Shown: positions 19,057 through 27,967, numbered from the stretch's first letter. The stretch is 64,000 nucleotides of DNA from an uncultured Thermoplasmata archaeon (GCA_963773945.1 CAVZDD010000003.1:209816-273815), one strand, 5' to 3'. The notes: a model not told the origin generated them from the sequence alone. Made by a program: numbers and translations.

Positions 19057-19788
19057 TCACCTGGGAAGTAGCGGGGGGACAACGCCCGCATGGATAACGG
19101 CTTCGACGAATCCGCGCGCGTACTCGGCACGGGTCACGTAGTCGGCGACGCCGCGCGCGCGCGGGCTGCCGGACGGGAAGCTCACCGCCCACGCCGAGGC
19201 GCGCAGCATCGCAACATCGTTGTTGCCATCGCCGACCGCGAGACAATCGGCGGGAGTGAGCCCTAGCGGTCGGAGCGCTCGCCGGAGCGCGGGCAGCTTG
19301 CCGGCCCCCCGCTGGATGAGGTGCATCGCGTACCCAGTGCTCTCGACAAGCACAGGCCGACCACGGAGTGCCGCCCGGATGCGGCGCTCGGACACCCCTT
19401 CCTCGAGGGCCACTTCGGACTCTCGCCATCGATCGGTGAACAGACGACGGACGGGCAGCCCCGCCTCGACGAGACGACGGTAGGCCGCCAGTGCCACGCG
19501 CCGGTCCGCGAAATGCTCTACGACGTCCCGACCCCCTTCTCGATGGTAAAGGACCCCGCCGTTCTCTGCGATAATCGGTGCCGTCAGTCCGAGGAAGCGA
19601 TGCAGCGCCAGGGCGACTGGAAGTACGTTCCCCGTCGCCAAGATGACGGGAACTCCGGCTTCGGTCATCCGTCGGATGACTTCTATCGCGTCCACGTCGA
19701 GGCGTCGCTCGCGGTCGGTCAGCGTGCCGTCGACGTCGGTGACGACGGCCCGGATCGGGCGACGAGGATGCGCCTCGGGCGGCGTCAG
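19057..19788 (-). CDS. HAD-superfamily phosphoglycolate phosphatase (archaeal Cof/PGP type), probable CTG start
   Basis: VVTDVDGTLTD motif I lies upstream of the ORF-track start; LATGN, IAENGG, VGDGNND. Confidence 0.88.
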   Translation of the reverse strand: MTPPEAHPRRPIRAVVTDVDGTLTDRERRLDVDAIEVIRRMTEAGVPVILATGNVLPVALALHRFLGLTAPIIAENGGVLYHREGGRDVVEHFADRRVALAAYRRLVEAGLPVRRLFTDRWRESEVALEEGVSERRIRAALRGRPVLVESTGYAMHLIQRGAGKLPALRRALRPLGLTPADCLAVGDGNNDVAMLRASAWAVSFPSGSPRARGVADYVTRAEYARGFVEAVIHAGVVPPLLPR

Positions 19789-20306
19789 GCTTCCCTCCCG
19801 CGGTGACCCTGGAACAAGTCCTGGGAGGTGGAAGGCCGACGAGCCGCTTCGAGCGCGAGGCGCACGGCCCGTTCGGCGCTCTCCACCCGGACGTACCGCG
19901 TGGGGTCGATCCCGGCGGAATCGAGCTTCCAGCTGCCGATCGCGAACACGGGCTTCCGAAGCTCCAACGAATGCGCGATCTCGGTCAGCGTGCCGAACGA
20001 ACCGTCAACAGCGATCACGGCGTGGCCGCTCATGACCACCAGCACATTGCGGGCGACCCCCAGGCCCGTCGGGATCGCGATGTCGACGTCCGGGTTGGCG
20101 TCCAGCCAGCGGCCCGTGGGGAGAATTCCGATGGTGAGGCCACCCGCCTGATGCGCGCCGCGGCAGGCGGCGGCCATGACGCCGCCTAGTCCGCCGCAGA
20201 CCACAGCCGCGCCCGCTTCGGCGATGCGGCGACCGACCTCCTCCGCGACGGCAAGCGCTTCCGGGGGAGGAGCCTCCCCTCCGATCACGGCGATGAGGGT
20301 CTTCAC
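19785..20306 (-). CDS. LOG-family protein (TIGR00725 type)
   Basis: IAVIGG, VCGGLGGVM, TIGILP, TGLGVARN, GSFGTLTEI; GTG start overlaps the gatE stop. Confidence 0.9.
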   Translation of the reverse strand: MKTLIAVIGGEAPPPEALAVAEEVGRRIAEAGAAVVCGGLGGVMAAACRGAHQAGGLTIGILPTGRWLDANPDVDIAIPTGLGVARNVLVVMSGHAVIAVDGSFGTLTEIAHSLELRKPVFAIGSWKLDSAGIDPTRYVRVESAERAVRLALEAARRPSTSQDLFQGHRGREA

Positions 20307-22180
20307 GGGGGTCCGCTCAGCCCTTCCAACCGACGGCCTAGCGCTTTCTCGAGGACCTCGGCCACCTCTTTTCCGTCGCGTCGCCCTCGGACTTCGCGCA
20401 TGACGTCTCCCATTAACGGAGACTGGGCGGCCCTTCCTCGAGAGTGCCACAGCTCCTCGTTTCGGTCCAACACCGCCTCGACCAGCACTTCGAGTTCGGG
20501 CCTCGATAGCGGCGACAGCCCGGCCGAGTTCGCGGCCTCGTCGATGGAGCGGCCGTGGACCAGCACCCCTTCGAGCACCGGTTGAACCCCTTCCTTGGCA
20601 AACTGGCCCTTCGCCAAAGACGTGAGGATGGAATCGAGCACGTTTTCGGAGGGGTCGGCGACCGGCACTGCGCGGGCCACCGCGGCAAAAGCGGGGAGGT
20701 CGTGCGTGAGGAGCCGCACGACGAGGGAGGCGGGATGACCGCGGTGCACGAGCGCCTCGAACCGCTCGGCCTCACCTTCCTGGATCAATAGCCGCGCGAC
20801 GTCATCGGTGAGCGAGTGTTCCGTTCGCATCCGGGCCAAACTCTCTTCGGGTCGCTCGGGAAGGTGATGGCTCAGTTTCGCGAGATGCTCGACGGAGAGC
20901 GTGACCGGAGGTACATCGGTCTCGGGATACATTCGGTCCCGGCCCGGCAGCGGACGAGAGTATCGGGACGTCCCATCGGGGAGCGGGTCCCGGGTCTCCG
21001 GAGGCACTCCCACGAACGCGGCGGCGGCGCGGTGAAGGACTTGATGGAGCGCCTCGGTGGCCTTCGCCGAGTCGGTGTGGGCCACGATCGCGAAGGCGTC
21101 GTTGGCCCCCAGGGAGAGCCGATGACGGATCTTCTCCACGTGTCCCGGGTGGAGCCCTTGCGCCGGCAATTCGTCGGAGTGGAGGATCCCGCGCACGCCG
21201 ACGGCCCTCGCATAATCGGCGAGCTCGCGGCCCATGCGGGGCCCCGCCTCTGGCGGATGGCCAAGCAGACCGTGGAATCCGGGGAGAGGGACCGCGAGCA
21301 CGACGCCCTGCTTCTTGAGCACCGAAGCCACCGGGCCGGGCCCGGCGTCGAGCAGGAGATCCCCGACGTTCACCGGTTCGCCGGTCGGCGGGCGGGCGTT
21401 GCGTCGATGGAGTTCCTCCTTCGTGCGGAGCAGCATCTCCTGACGGGCGATCTCTTCCTGGGCGTATTTCGATACGAGCCGAAGTTCCTGCACGCCCTTG
21501 ACCTCGATGCGCGTGCCTCCTTCGATGGAGAGGTTCACGTCCTCCCGGATGGTTCCGATCCCCCGACGCACCCGGTGCGTCGAGCGGAGCAGGGCGCCGA
21601 TCGCCTCCGCCACGTCGTGCACCTCCTCGGGCGTGGTGAGGTCCGGTCCAGTGGCGACTTCGACCAACGGAATGCCGAGCCGGTCGAGCCGGTAGCGCAC
21701 CTCGCCACCCGTCTCCGACACCTTCCGGGCCGCATCCTCTTCGAGGCAGATCGTGTCGACCGTGATCCGTCGCCCGCCCACCTCGATCCACCCATTGGTG
21801 GCCACTAACGCGGTCCGTTGGAATCCGGCCGTGTTCGACCCGTCGACGACGAGCTTCCGCATGACGAGGATCTCGTCGATCGGCGTTGCGTGGAGAAGAA
21901 GGGCGACGGTGAGCGCTACATCGAGCGCTTCCAAGTTGATCGCATGCGGGGGCTCCTCATCGAGCTCGACCAAGCAGGTGGTCGGTACGATCTCATAGAC
22001 GAACGAGAGGCCGAGCGACGACTCGAAGGCGGCGGCGGGGTCGAGCGCGCGCAACTCTCCACCGGTGGCCCGGAGGCGGCGCAGGACGGTCCCTTCGACC
22101 TCTTCCGAGAGTTCCGAGGGACAGGGACAGAACAGCTTGTGCGTGGCGAGCTGCTGGTGCACTTCGAGACCGGCTTTCAC
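20303..22180 (-). CDS. gatE: Glu-tRNA(Gln) amidotransferase subunit E
   Basis: KAGLEVHQQL, KLFC, MRKLVVDGSNTAGFQRT, CLEEDAARK, RGIGTIREDVN, RMYPETDVP. Confidence 0.96.
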   Translation of the reverse strand: MKAGLEVHQQLATHKLFCPCPSELSEEVEGTVLRRLRATGGELRALDPAAAFESSLGLSFVYEIVPTTCLVELDEEPPHAINLEALDVALTVALLLHATPIDEILVMRKLVVDGSNTAGFQRTALVATNGWIEVGGRRITVDTICLEEDAARKVSETGGEVRYRLDRLGIPLVEVATGPDLTTPEEVHDVAEAIGALLRSTHRVRRGIGTIREDVNLSIEGGTRIEVKGVQELRLVSKYAQEEIARQEMLLRTKEELHRRNARPPTGEPVNVGDLLLDAGPGPVASVLKKQGVVLAVPLPGFHGLLGHPPEAGPRMGRELADYARAVGVRGILHSDELPAQGLHPGHVEKIRHRLSLGANDAFAIVAHTDSAKATEALHQVLHRAAAAFVGVPPETRDPLPDGTSRYSRPLPGRDRMYPETDVPPVTLSVEHLAKLSHHLPERPEESLARMRTEHSLTDDVARLLIQEGEAERFEALVHRGHPASLVVRLLTHDLPAFAAVARAVPVADPSENVLDSILTSLAKGQFAKEGVQPVLEGVLVHGRSIDEAANSAGLSPLSRPELEVLVEAVLDRNEELWHSRGRAAQSPLMGDVMREVRGRRDGKEVAEVLEKALGRRLEGLSGPP

Positions 22181-23493
22181 GGGACCTTCTCCAGCCGGCG
22201 GCGGCGCACAAATTCTCCGACCTGGTCTTCGAGGAGGAGGGCGCGGACCCGCGCGGGGTCGTCCGATTGGCCGAGCGCCCAGAGCATCTTCGCGTAGGCG
22301 GTCTCGGGAAGCAGGTCGTCCAGATACGCAACACCGGCCTGCAGGAGCTCGCGGCCGGTCGAGTAGACATACGGGTCCGTCCCCCCATCGAGACACTGCG
22401 TGGTCATGCCGACGACGAGTCCCCCGTCGATCAGCCGGCGGAGTCCGCGCATGTGCTCGCGGGCGATATGTCCCAACCCGGTCCCCGCGATCACGAGTCC
22501 GCGTTCGTTCCGAACGAGCCGGCGCAACCGGGTGGGGGAGAATCCGGGGTAGTAGGTGACCATCGCGGCCCGCTCGTCCAGGTGGGTGTCGGTCCGGAGA
22601 GGAGCCTCCGAGGGACGCCGGGCCTCAGGCCGGAGTTGGATCCGCTTCCCTTCGATGTACCCGAGCGGCGGCGCGTTCCGGCTCTGGAAGGCGTCGCGTC
22701 GAGAGGAGTGCATCTTTCGGACCCGCGTGCCCCGGTGGATCGTCAACCGGTCGTCCGATACACCGGCATGCATCACGACCACCACCTCGCCGAGGACTCC
22801 GGTCCGGGCCAGATGAATCGCCCCCGGCAGGTTCGTAAATCCGTCGGACGAGGGTCGATCCGGGGACCGCTGGGCCCCCACGAGTACGACGGGACCCGGC
22901 GGATTCCGCACCATGAAGCTCAATGCCGCTGCGGTGTAGGCCAAGGTATCCGTCCCGTGCGAGATGACGACGCCCCGGGCCCCCTGACGGAAGCTCTCCC
23001 CGACCTTCTCCGCGAGCGCGACCCAATCGGCCGGCACGATGTCCTCACTGAAGCGTTCGAGGACCGATACGACCCGAATCGGTCCTTCCGCGTCGAGGGC
23101 CGGGAAGGCGGCCAGGATCTCCTTCTCGTCCCGTACCGGCTTGACCCCCCCCGTTTGATAATCGACCCGCGAGGCGATCGTCCCTCCCGTCGTCAACAGG
23201 GCGACCCACGGGGCTTCGTTGGGGGGCGGCGCTGTTGGGCTGGATTCAGCGGGCTTGGAGGTCCGGGGACGGCGCGGCTTCGCGATGACGGTCAGCACAT
23301 CGTGCTCGTCGATCGCCAAGCCCACGTTGTACCCGCTCGCCAGTTTCAGTACCACGACGTTCGGCCCGGAGAATTCGGTCGAGGGTACGAGAATGCCGTG
23401 CCAGGTTCGGCCGTCTTCGGGGGTGATCTCGACTTCGGTGCCCGTGGGCAGCGTCTTGATCTTTTTGCGCGGGTCGACCGTTGGCTCTGCCAC
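22177..23493 (-). CDS. gatD: Glu-tRNA(Gln) amidotransferase subunit D
   Basis: KLASGYNVG, TGGTIASRVDY, HGTDT, GAQRSPDRPSSD, RKMHSSRRDAF; start either 23493 (GTG) or 23526 (TTG). Confidence 0.96.
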   Translation of the reverse strand: MAEPTVDPRKKIKTLPTGTEVEITPEDGRTWHGILVPSTEFSGPNVVVLKLASGYNVGLAIDEHDVLTVIAKPRRPRTSKPAESSPTAPPPNEAPWVALLTTGGTIASRVDYQTGGVKPVRDEKEILAAFPALDAEGPIRVVSVLERFSEDIVPADWVALAEKVGESFRQGARGVVISHGTDTLAYTAAALSFMVRNPPGPVVLVGAQRSPDRPSSDGFTNLPGAIHLARTGVLGEVVVVMHAGVSDDRLTIHRGTRVRKMHSSRRDAFQSRNAPPLGYIEGKRIQLRPEARRPSEAPLRTDTHLDERAAMVTYYPGFSPTRLRRLVRNERGLVIAGTGLGHIAREHMRGLRRLIDGGLVVGMTTQCLDGGTDPYVYSTGRELLQAGVAYLDDLLPETAYAKMLWALGQSDDPARVRALLLEDQVGEFVRRRRLEKVP

Positions 23494-23596
23494 TCTTCTG
23501 CTCCCGAATGCAGCGCGGGCGTTCAACCGCGCTGGACGACGCAGACCTTCCTCGTATTAAATCTGGGACGGAGGAAAACCTTCGGCGTCCCCGCTC

Positions 23597-23603
23597 TTTT
23601 ATA
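23597..23603 (+). promoter_or_regulatory. TATA box upstream of tRNA-Arg
   Basis: TTTTATA about 45 nt upstream of the mature tRNA 5' end. Confidence 0.5.
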
Positions 23604-23648
23604 GACGGCCCTCTTCGGCGGGCCTGGAGGACAAGCGGAGCTTCCGGC

Positions 23649-23758
23649 GCCCGTGTGGGGTAGCTACGGAATCGGTGGAGAACCGCCGGTCTCGCTACAC
23701 TGGATTATCCTAGAGGCCTGCGGAGCCTCAGACCTGGGTTCGAATCCCAGCACGGGCG
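23649..23758 (+). tRNA. tRNA-Arg(GCG) with a 35-nt D-loop intron (23666-23700)
   Basis: Acceptor GCCCGTG/CACGGGC; anticodon arm GAGGC-CTGCGGA-GCCTC; T arm CTGGG-TTCGAAT-CCCAG; GTAG/CTAC helix with CTA and ACT 3-nt segments; spliced D arm GGGTAGCTTGGATTATCC. Confidence 0.93.
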
Positions 23759-23956
23759 ATTTCCTCCGGTCGATACTTCCTTCGTCGCCCACGAAGGGCG
23801 CCCTCGACAATCAAGGCCTCAAAGGATGAGGGGGAGTGTTCGGCCGGGTACTCGAGTGTCTCGATTCGACGCCCGCGGCAGCGTGCGAAGATTCGCGAAA
23901 TGAACACCCCGTTCGAGAATCTCTTCACCTCAGACGCGCCGGTGGAATCCGCGGGA

Positions 23957-24610
23957 CTACGTGCGCCGTATCTCGGACTGGCTCCGATAGATCAGCGTAC
24001 GTCCGCGGGCCTTGTGGTCGAATTTCACTTGCAGAATGTAGACCGCCCTCTGAAGGCGACGGAACAGCCTCCGGTTCGGCTTCAGGGTCCGGTAGAAGTG
24101 GGTGTAGTGGACGGGAATGGAGCGACCCCGGGCGCGCCGAAGCGAGTAGCGTCCCTCCGAGACCAGCATGTCGTCCCCCGAGACCCGGATCGTTTCTCGG
24201 AGCGGCCCCATCCCGCGCACGCGGGGCAGCTTGAGCTCGCCCACCGTGATCATCTGGGACCACGCCTTCGGGCCATTGACAACGGCCCGTTCGCTGACGC
24301 TCAACGTCCCGTAGCTCCCGAAGGTCGTCATCCGGAAGGACTCGAATTCGGCGCCGAGAAGCTGGGTAGGCCCGATGAACGTGGAGGGGTTCAGGACCGG
24401 AGTCGCGCCGATATGACTCCGACCGGTCAAAATGACGATCGAGGCGGCCTCGAGTTGCCAACCACCGGGCAGTCCGGCAAAGACGATGTTCCCGGACTTG
24501 GTCCCGGAAGCGTCGATCGATAGGGTTCCGTTACCGGAGAACGACTGTCCATTCAGAACTCCGGTGACCGACAACGCGAGGCTGGTCAGGGCGGGCATGG
24601 GACCGGACAC
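23957..24610 (-). CDS. Putative GFP-like 11-stranded beta-barrel protein (start 24610 GTG or 24598 ATG)
   Basis: SVTGVLNGQSFSGNG, LPGGW, ILTGRSHIG, EFESFRMTTFGSYGTLSV and SGDDMLVS occur in the order and spacing of GFP-family segments; size matches. Confidence 0.7.
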   Translation of the reverse strand: MSGPMPALTSLALSVTGVLNGQSFSGNGTLSIDASGTKSGNIVFAGLPGGWQLEAASIVILTGRSHIGATPVLNPSTFIGPTQLLGAEFESFRMTTFGSYGTLSVSERAVVNGPKAWSQMITVGELKLPRVRGMGPLRETIRVSGDDMLVSEGRYSLRRARGRSIPVHYTHFYRTLKPNRRLFRRLQRAVYILQVKFDHKARGRTLIYRSQSEIRRT

Positions 24611-24674
24611 GGCGACGGTCTATTTGGACCCCGCGAAGAGGGGGGCTTAATCTAACAAACGCGATTCGCGACTC

Positions 24675-26633
24675 GTGGCCACGACACGGCGACTTGCCGC
24701 CATCATGTTCACCGACATGGTGGGCTACACGGCCCTCACCCAGGCAGATGAGGCGAGAACGCTCCAGCTCCTGAGCGAGCAGGAACGGCTGGTCCGGCCC
24801 CTCTTCGCCACCCACCAGGGTCGCGAGGTCAAATCGATGGGCGACGGCTTCCTGGTCGAGTTCGACAGCGCACTGCGCGCCGTCCAATGCGCCATCGATA
24901 TTCATGAGCGACTCCACGCCCGGAACGCCGAATCGGGCCGGTCCCCGTTCGGGATGCGGATCGGCGTGCACCTGGGGGACGTGGAGGAGCGAGGCGGCGA
25001 CATCTTCGGAGACGCGGTGAATATCGCCGCTCGGATCGAGCCGTTGGCGGCTCCCGGCGGCGTGTGCATCTCGGGCCAAGTTTTCGACCAGGTTCGCAAC
25101 AAGATCCCGAACCGACTCGAGAAGCTGGGTCCGAGGGTCCTCAAGAACGTCCAACTTCCGACCGATGTCTATCGAGTGACCTTTGCCTGGGAACCGTTCT
25201 CGCCGTCGGCGGGACCGTCCGGCTCCAATCGCCTCGCCGTCCTGCCGTTAGCCAACATCAGCCCCGACCCAAAAGACGAGTACTTCGCGGATGGGCTGAC
25301 CGAGGAACTGATCAGCACGCTCTCCAAGCTGCGGGAGCTCCGGGTCGTCGCCCGCACCTCGGTGGGCCAGTACAAGACGGGCTCCAAGACCGTGGCGCAG
25401 ATCGGGGCCGAGCTGGGGGTCGGGACGGTGTTGGAAGGCAGTGTCCGCAAGGCCGGGAACCGGCTGCGGATTACGCTCCAGCTCATCGACGTGGGAACGG
25501 AGGCGCACCTCTGGGCCCAGAGCTACGATCGCGAAATGAATGATGTATTCGCGATTCAGAGTGAGATCGCGGAAAAGACGGCCGCCGCCTTGCGGGTCGA
25601 ACTGCTCGCTCCTGAACGGGACTCGTTACGCAGGCGGCCCACCTCCAACCTTGCCGCGTATGACCTCTATCTGAAGGGCATCCACTCCGCTCGGCGGGCT
25701 GCGCCTGGTCGGTTCGCTGAGTCGATGAAGTTCTTCGACGGCGCGGTCGCCCTGGACCCGAACTTCTCCCCACCCTACTCCTACATGGCGAACATGTACC
25801 TCCTCCAATCGGGAGAAACCATCGCCCCTCGCATTGCGAATCCCCGTGCGAGGACGCTGGTGACCAAGGCACTCGAGCTAGACCCCACGTCGTCCGACGC
25901 ACATGCGGCCCGCGGCAACCTCGCGCTGCAAGAAGAGCACAATTGGGCCCTGGCCGAGGACGAGTTCCGGCAGGCGATCTCGCTCAACCGTAGCGACGCC
26001 AATGCCCATTTTTGGTACGGGATCCTGTGCCTTGCGCTCCAACGGTTCGAAGCGTCCATCGAGGAGTTCCGGGCGGCCCTCGAGCTGGACCCCCTTTGGG
26101 AGGACCCGAAGGCTTGGCTCGACGTGGCGTACTCTCGAACCGGCAATCACGCACCCGGCATCGCGGCCGCAGAGGAGGACCGAGACCGAGGCCCCGAAAA
26201 CCCTGACATCCACGCGCGGCTCGGAATGTCCTATCTGCGTGCCGGTCGCCTAGAAGAGGCCCGGCGCGAGGCGGAGATTCCGACCCCGCCGACGAACCGA
26301 TACGCCCAATTCAATTGGGCCATGCTCCGGGCCACGCTGGGAGACCCGGCCCCGGCGAAATGGCTGCTCGAAGAGTTCCAGCGGCTGGCCCAGACCGAGT
26401 ACGTTTCCCCGACGCTTGCCGCCGGGTTGCACGCCCTCGCCGGAGATCGGGAAACCGCGCTGGCGGGCCTCGAACGGGATTTCGAAGCGGGGGAGTCTGG
26501 CTTGTGGTTAGAGTATCAGTTGGAAGCCTTCGACTCAATACGCGAGGACCCGCGGTTCCAATCGATTCTCCGGCGCCTCCGGCTTCCGATGGACGGAGGG
26601 CCTCCTTCGGGAGGGTCCCCCAATCAGGGCTGA
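24675..26633 (+). CDS. Class III adenylate/guanylate cyclase + TolB-N-like domain + TPR repeats
   Basis: MFTDMVGYT, VKSMGDGF, DIFGDAVNIAARIE; LAVLPLANIS..EYFADGLTEELI; TPRs such as ALELDP. Confidence 0.92.
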   Translation: MATTRRLAAIMFTDMVGYTALTQADEARTLQLLSEQERLVRPLFATHQGREVKSMGDGFLVEFDSALRAVQCAIDIHERLHARNAESGRSPFGMRIGVHLGDVEERGGDIFGDAVNIAARIEPLAAPGGVCISGQVFDQVRNKIPNRLEKLGPRVLKNVQLPTDVYRVTFAWEPFSPSAGPSGSNRLAVLPLANISPDPKDEYFADGLTEELISTLSKLRELRVVARTSVGQYKTGSKTVAQIGAELGVGTVLEGSVRKAGNRLRITLQLIDVGTEAHLWAQSYDREMNDVFAIQSEIAEKTAAALRVELLAPERDSLRRRPTSNLAAYDLYLKGIHSARRAAPGRFAESMKFFDGAVALDPNFSPPYSYMANMYLLQSGETIAPRIANPRARTLVTKALELDPTSSDAHAARGNLALQEEHNWALAEDEFRQAISLNRSDANAHFWYGILCLALQRFEASIEEFRAALELDPLWEDPKAWLDVAYSRTGNHAPGIAAAEEDRDRGPENPDIHARLGMSYLRAGRLEEARREAEIPTPPTNRYAQFNWAMLRATLGDPAPAKWLLEEFQRLAQTEYVSPTLAAGLHALAGDRETALAGLERDFEAGESGLWLEYQLEAFDSIREDPRFQSILRRLRLPMDGGPPSGGSPNQG

Positions 26634-26662
26634 CCCGAGCGGGCGATGGTCGGCGTTCTGCC

Positions 26663-27682
26663 CTAGAGGGCCTTGGCGGCCGTGCTGGTGCCACATTCTG
26701 GGCAGTACTTGGTCCCAGCGGGAATCGACGCGGAGCAGCTCGCACACTTCACCAACGGGGCCGCCGACACCGCCGTGGCCGTTGTCGACTCTCCGCGCTT
26801 CGGCAGACGACGATACAAGACCACGGCGATGATCCAGACGCCGACGATCAAGAGTATCCAGGTGGCGAATCCGATGATCCCGGCGATGATGAAGAGGGAG
26901 AGGACACCGCTAAAGCCGGAGAGGAGGCTCGAGAACGGATTGCTCGAGTTGCTGCTGTTCCCGTTACCGTTGCCGTTACCATTGCCGCTGCTCGATGCGC
27001 TGACGGAAAGGTCCTGGGTGTTGCTCGTCACAAGCCCGCCGTTAGTGTCAGTAACGGACACGTAGATGCTGAACTGCCCGGTCGAGCTGGGGTTGCACGA
27101 GAAGCTCGCAGTGTTGTACCCACCGCAGCCCGAAGGCAGACCAAAGTAATTGTACGAGTACGAGCCCGAACCGCCGCTGGCAGACGCGGTTACGCTGATG
27201 GAGTTTCCTTCCGTCAACGAAGTCGAGCTCAACTGGAGATTGACGGAGAGGACTGAATCCACTGTCACGTCGACGGAGTTACTGTTCGTAACGTTCCCGT
27301 TCTGGTCGCTCACGCTCACGTTGAGGTTGAACGAACCCGATGCGCCGGGAGTGCACGACCATGACTGCGCCTCGTCCGTCGTGCACCCACTCGGCATCCC
27401 GTAATAGTGGTAGATGTAGGAAGGGCTGGGATCACCTCCCGTCGCCGTGGTTTGGACCGTGAAGGAGCCTGTAAGGTCGAGAGAGGTGCGGTTGGTCGAA
27501 AGAACGGCGTTCAGGGCGGGGTTCGCCGCGGCGACGACCGGGATCTGCGGCGACGTAGACGGAGGAGCCACAGTCCGGACCTCCCCGAGGAGCCCGGAGG
27601 TTCCGACCGACCCGAAGCCGGCGGCGACCAGGATGAGCACCCAGGCGAGCGCAACGGACAGGCCGAGAGTCCACTTCGACAT
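26663..27682 (-). CDS. Membrane protein: signal/TM, two PKD/Ig-like Ser/Thr-rich repeats, TM, C-terminal zinc ribbon
   Basis: Repeated GG..SY.Y.Y.G.PSGC......SC.P..SG.F...VSV.D.NG; CASC...CPECG. Confidence 0.8.
   Translation of the reverse strand: MSKWTLGLSVALAWVLILVAAGFGSVGTSGLLGEVRTVAPPSTSPQIPVVAAANPALNAVLSTNRTSLDLTGSFTVQTTATGGDPSPSYIYHYYGMPSGCTTDEAQSWSCTPGASGSFNLNVSVSDQNGNVTNSNSVDVTVDSVLSVNLQLSSTSLTEGNSISVTASASGGSGSYSYNYFGLPSGCGGYNTASFSCNPSSTGQFSIYVSVTDTNGGLVTSNTQDLSVSASSSGNGNGNGNGNSSNSSNPFSSLLSGFSGVLSLFIIAGIIGFATWILLIVGVWIIAVVLYRRLPKRGESTTATAVSAAPLVKCASCSASIPAGTKYCPECGTSTAAKAL
26957..26986. repeat. Imperfect hexamer repeat encoding a Gly-Asn linker
   Basis: ccgtta/ccgttg/ccattg units, read as GNGNGNGNGN on the minus strand. 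Confidence 0.7.
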
Positions 27683-27790
27683 CCTCTTCCTCGGACCCGC
27701 GGGCGGGCCGCGGTTCCGGGGGTAAATTCTGTCGAGAGGAGCGCTTGAATCTATCGGTGGATGCGCGAGACCCCCGGGGAGAGAGCGCGC

Positions 27791-27940
27791 TTATCCCGAG
27801 GCCGAATGCGTCCGGTCGTACGCGGTCTTGCACCCGACGGAGCAAAAGTAGACCGTCTGGCCCCCGTACTGTCCGCTCGCGGCCGCGTGCTTCGGCTCTA
27901 CCATCATCCCGCAAACCGGGTCCTTGAACTTCTCGGCCAT
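27791..27940 (-). CDS. YHS/TRASH-domain small metal-binding protein (49 aa, below ORF-track cutoff)
   Basis: MAEKFKDPVCGMMVEPKHAAASGQYGGQTVYFCSVGCKTAYDRTHSASG: DPVCGM...YFCSxxC. Confidence 0.9.
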   Translation of the reverse strand: MAEKFKDPVCGMMVEPKHAAASGQYGGQTVYFCSVGCKTAYDRTHSASG

Positions 27941-27967
27941 AGTCCCAGTCCTGAACGCGACTCGTCC

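Noticed and set aside
23728-23928. 66-aa minus-strand ORF downstream of the GFP-like gene
   Set aside because: Runs antisense into tRNA-Arg and has no recognisable motif; cannot be supported
26957-26986. Hexamer repeat as a contingency locus
   Set aside because: Imperfect and in frame, encoding a Gly-Asn linker; no sign of phase variation
23759-27790. Integrated mobile element at tRNA-Arg
   Set aside because: No integrase or transposase, and I found no duplicated tRNA 3' end (att site); at most an accessory islet
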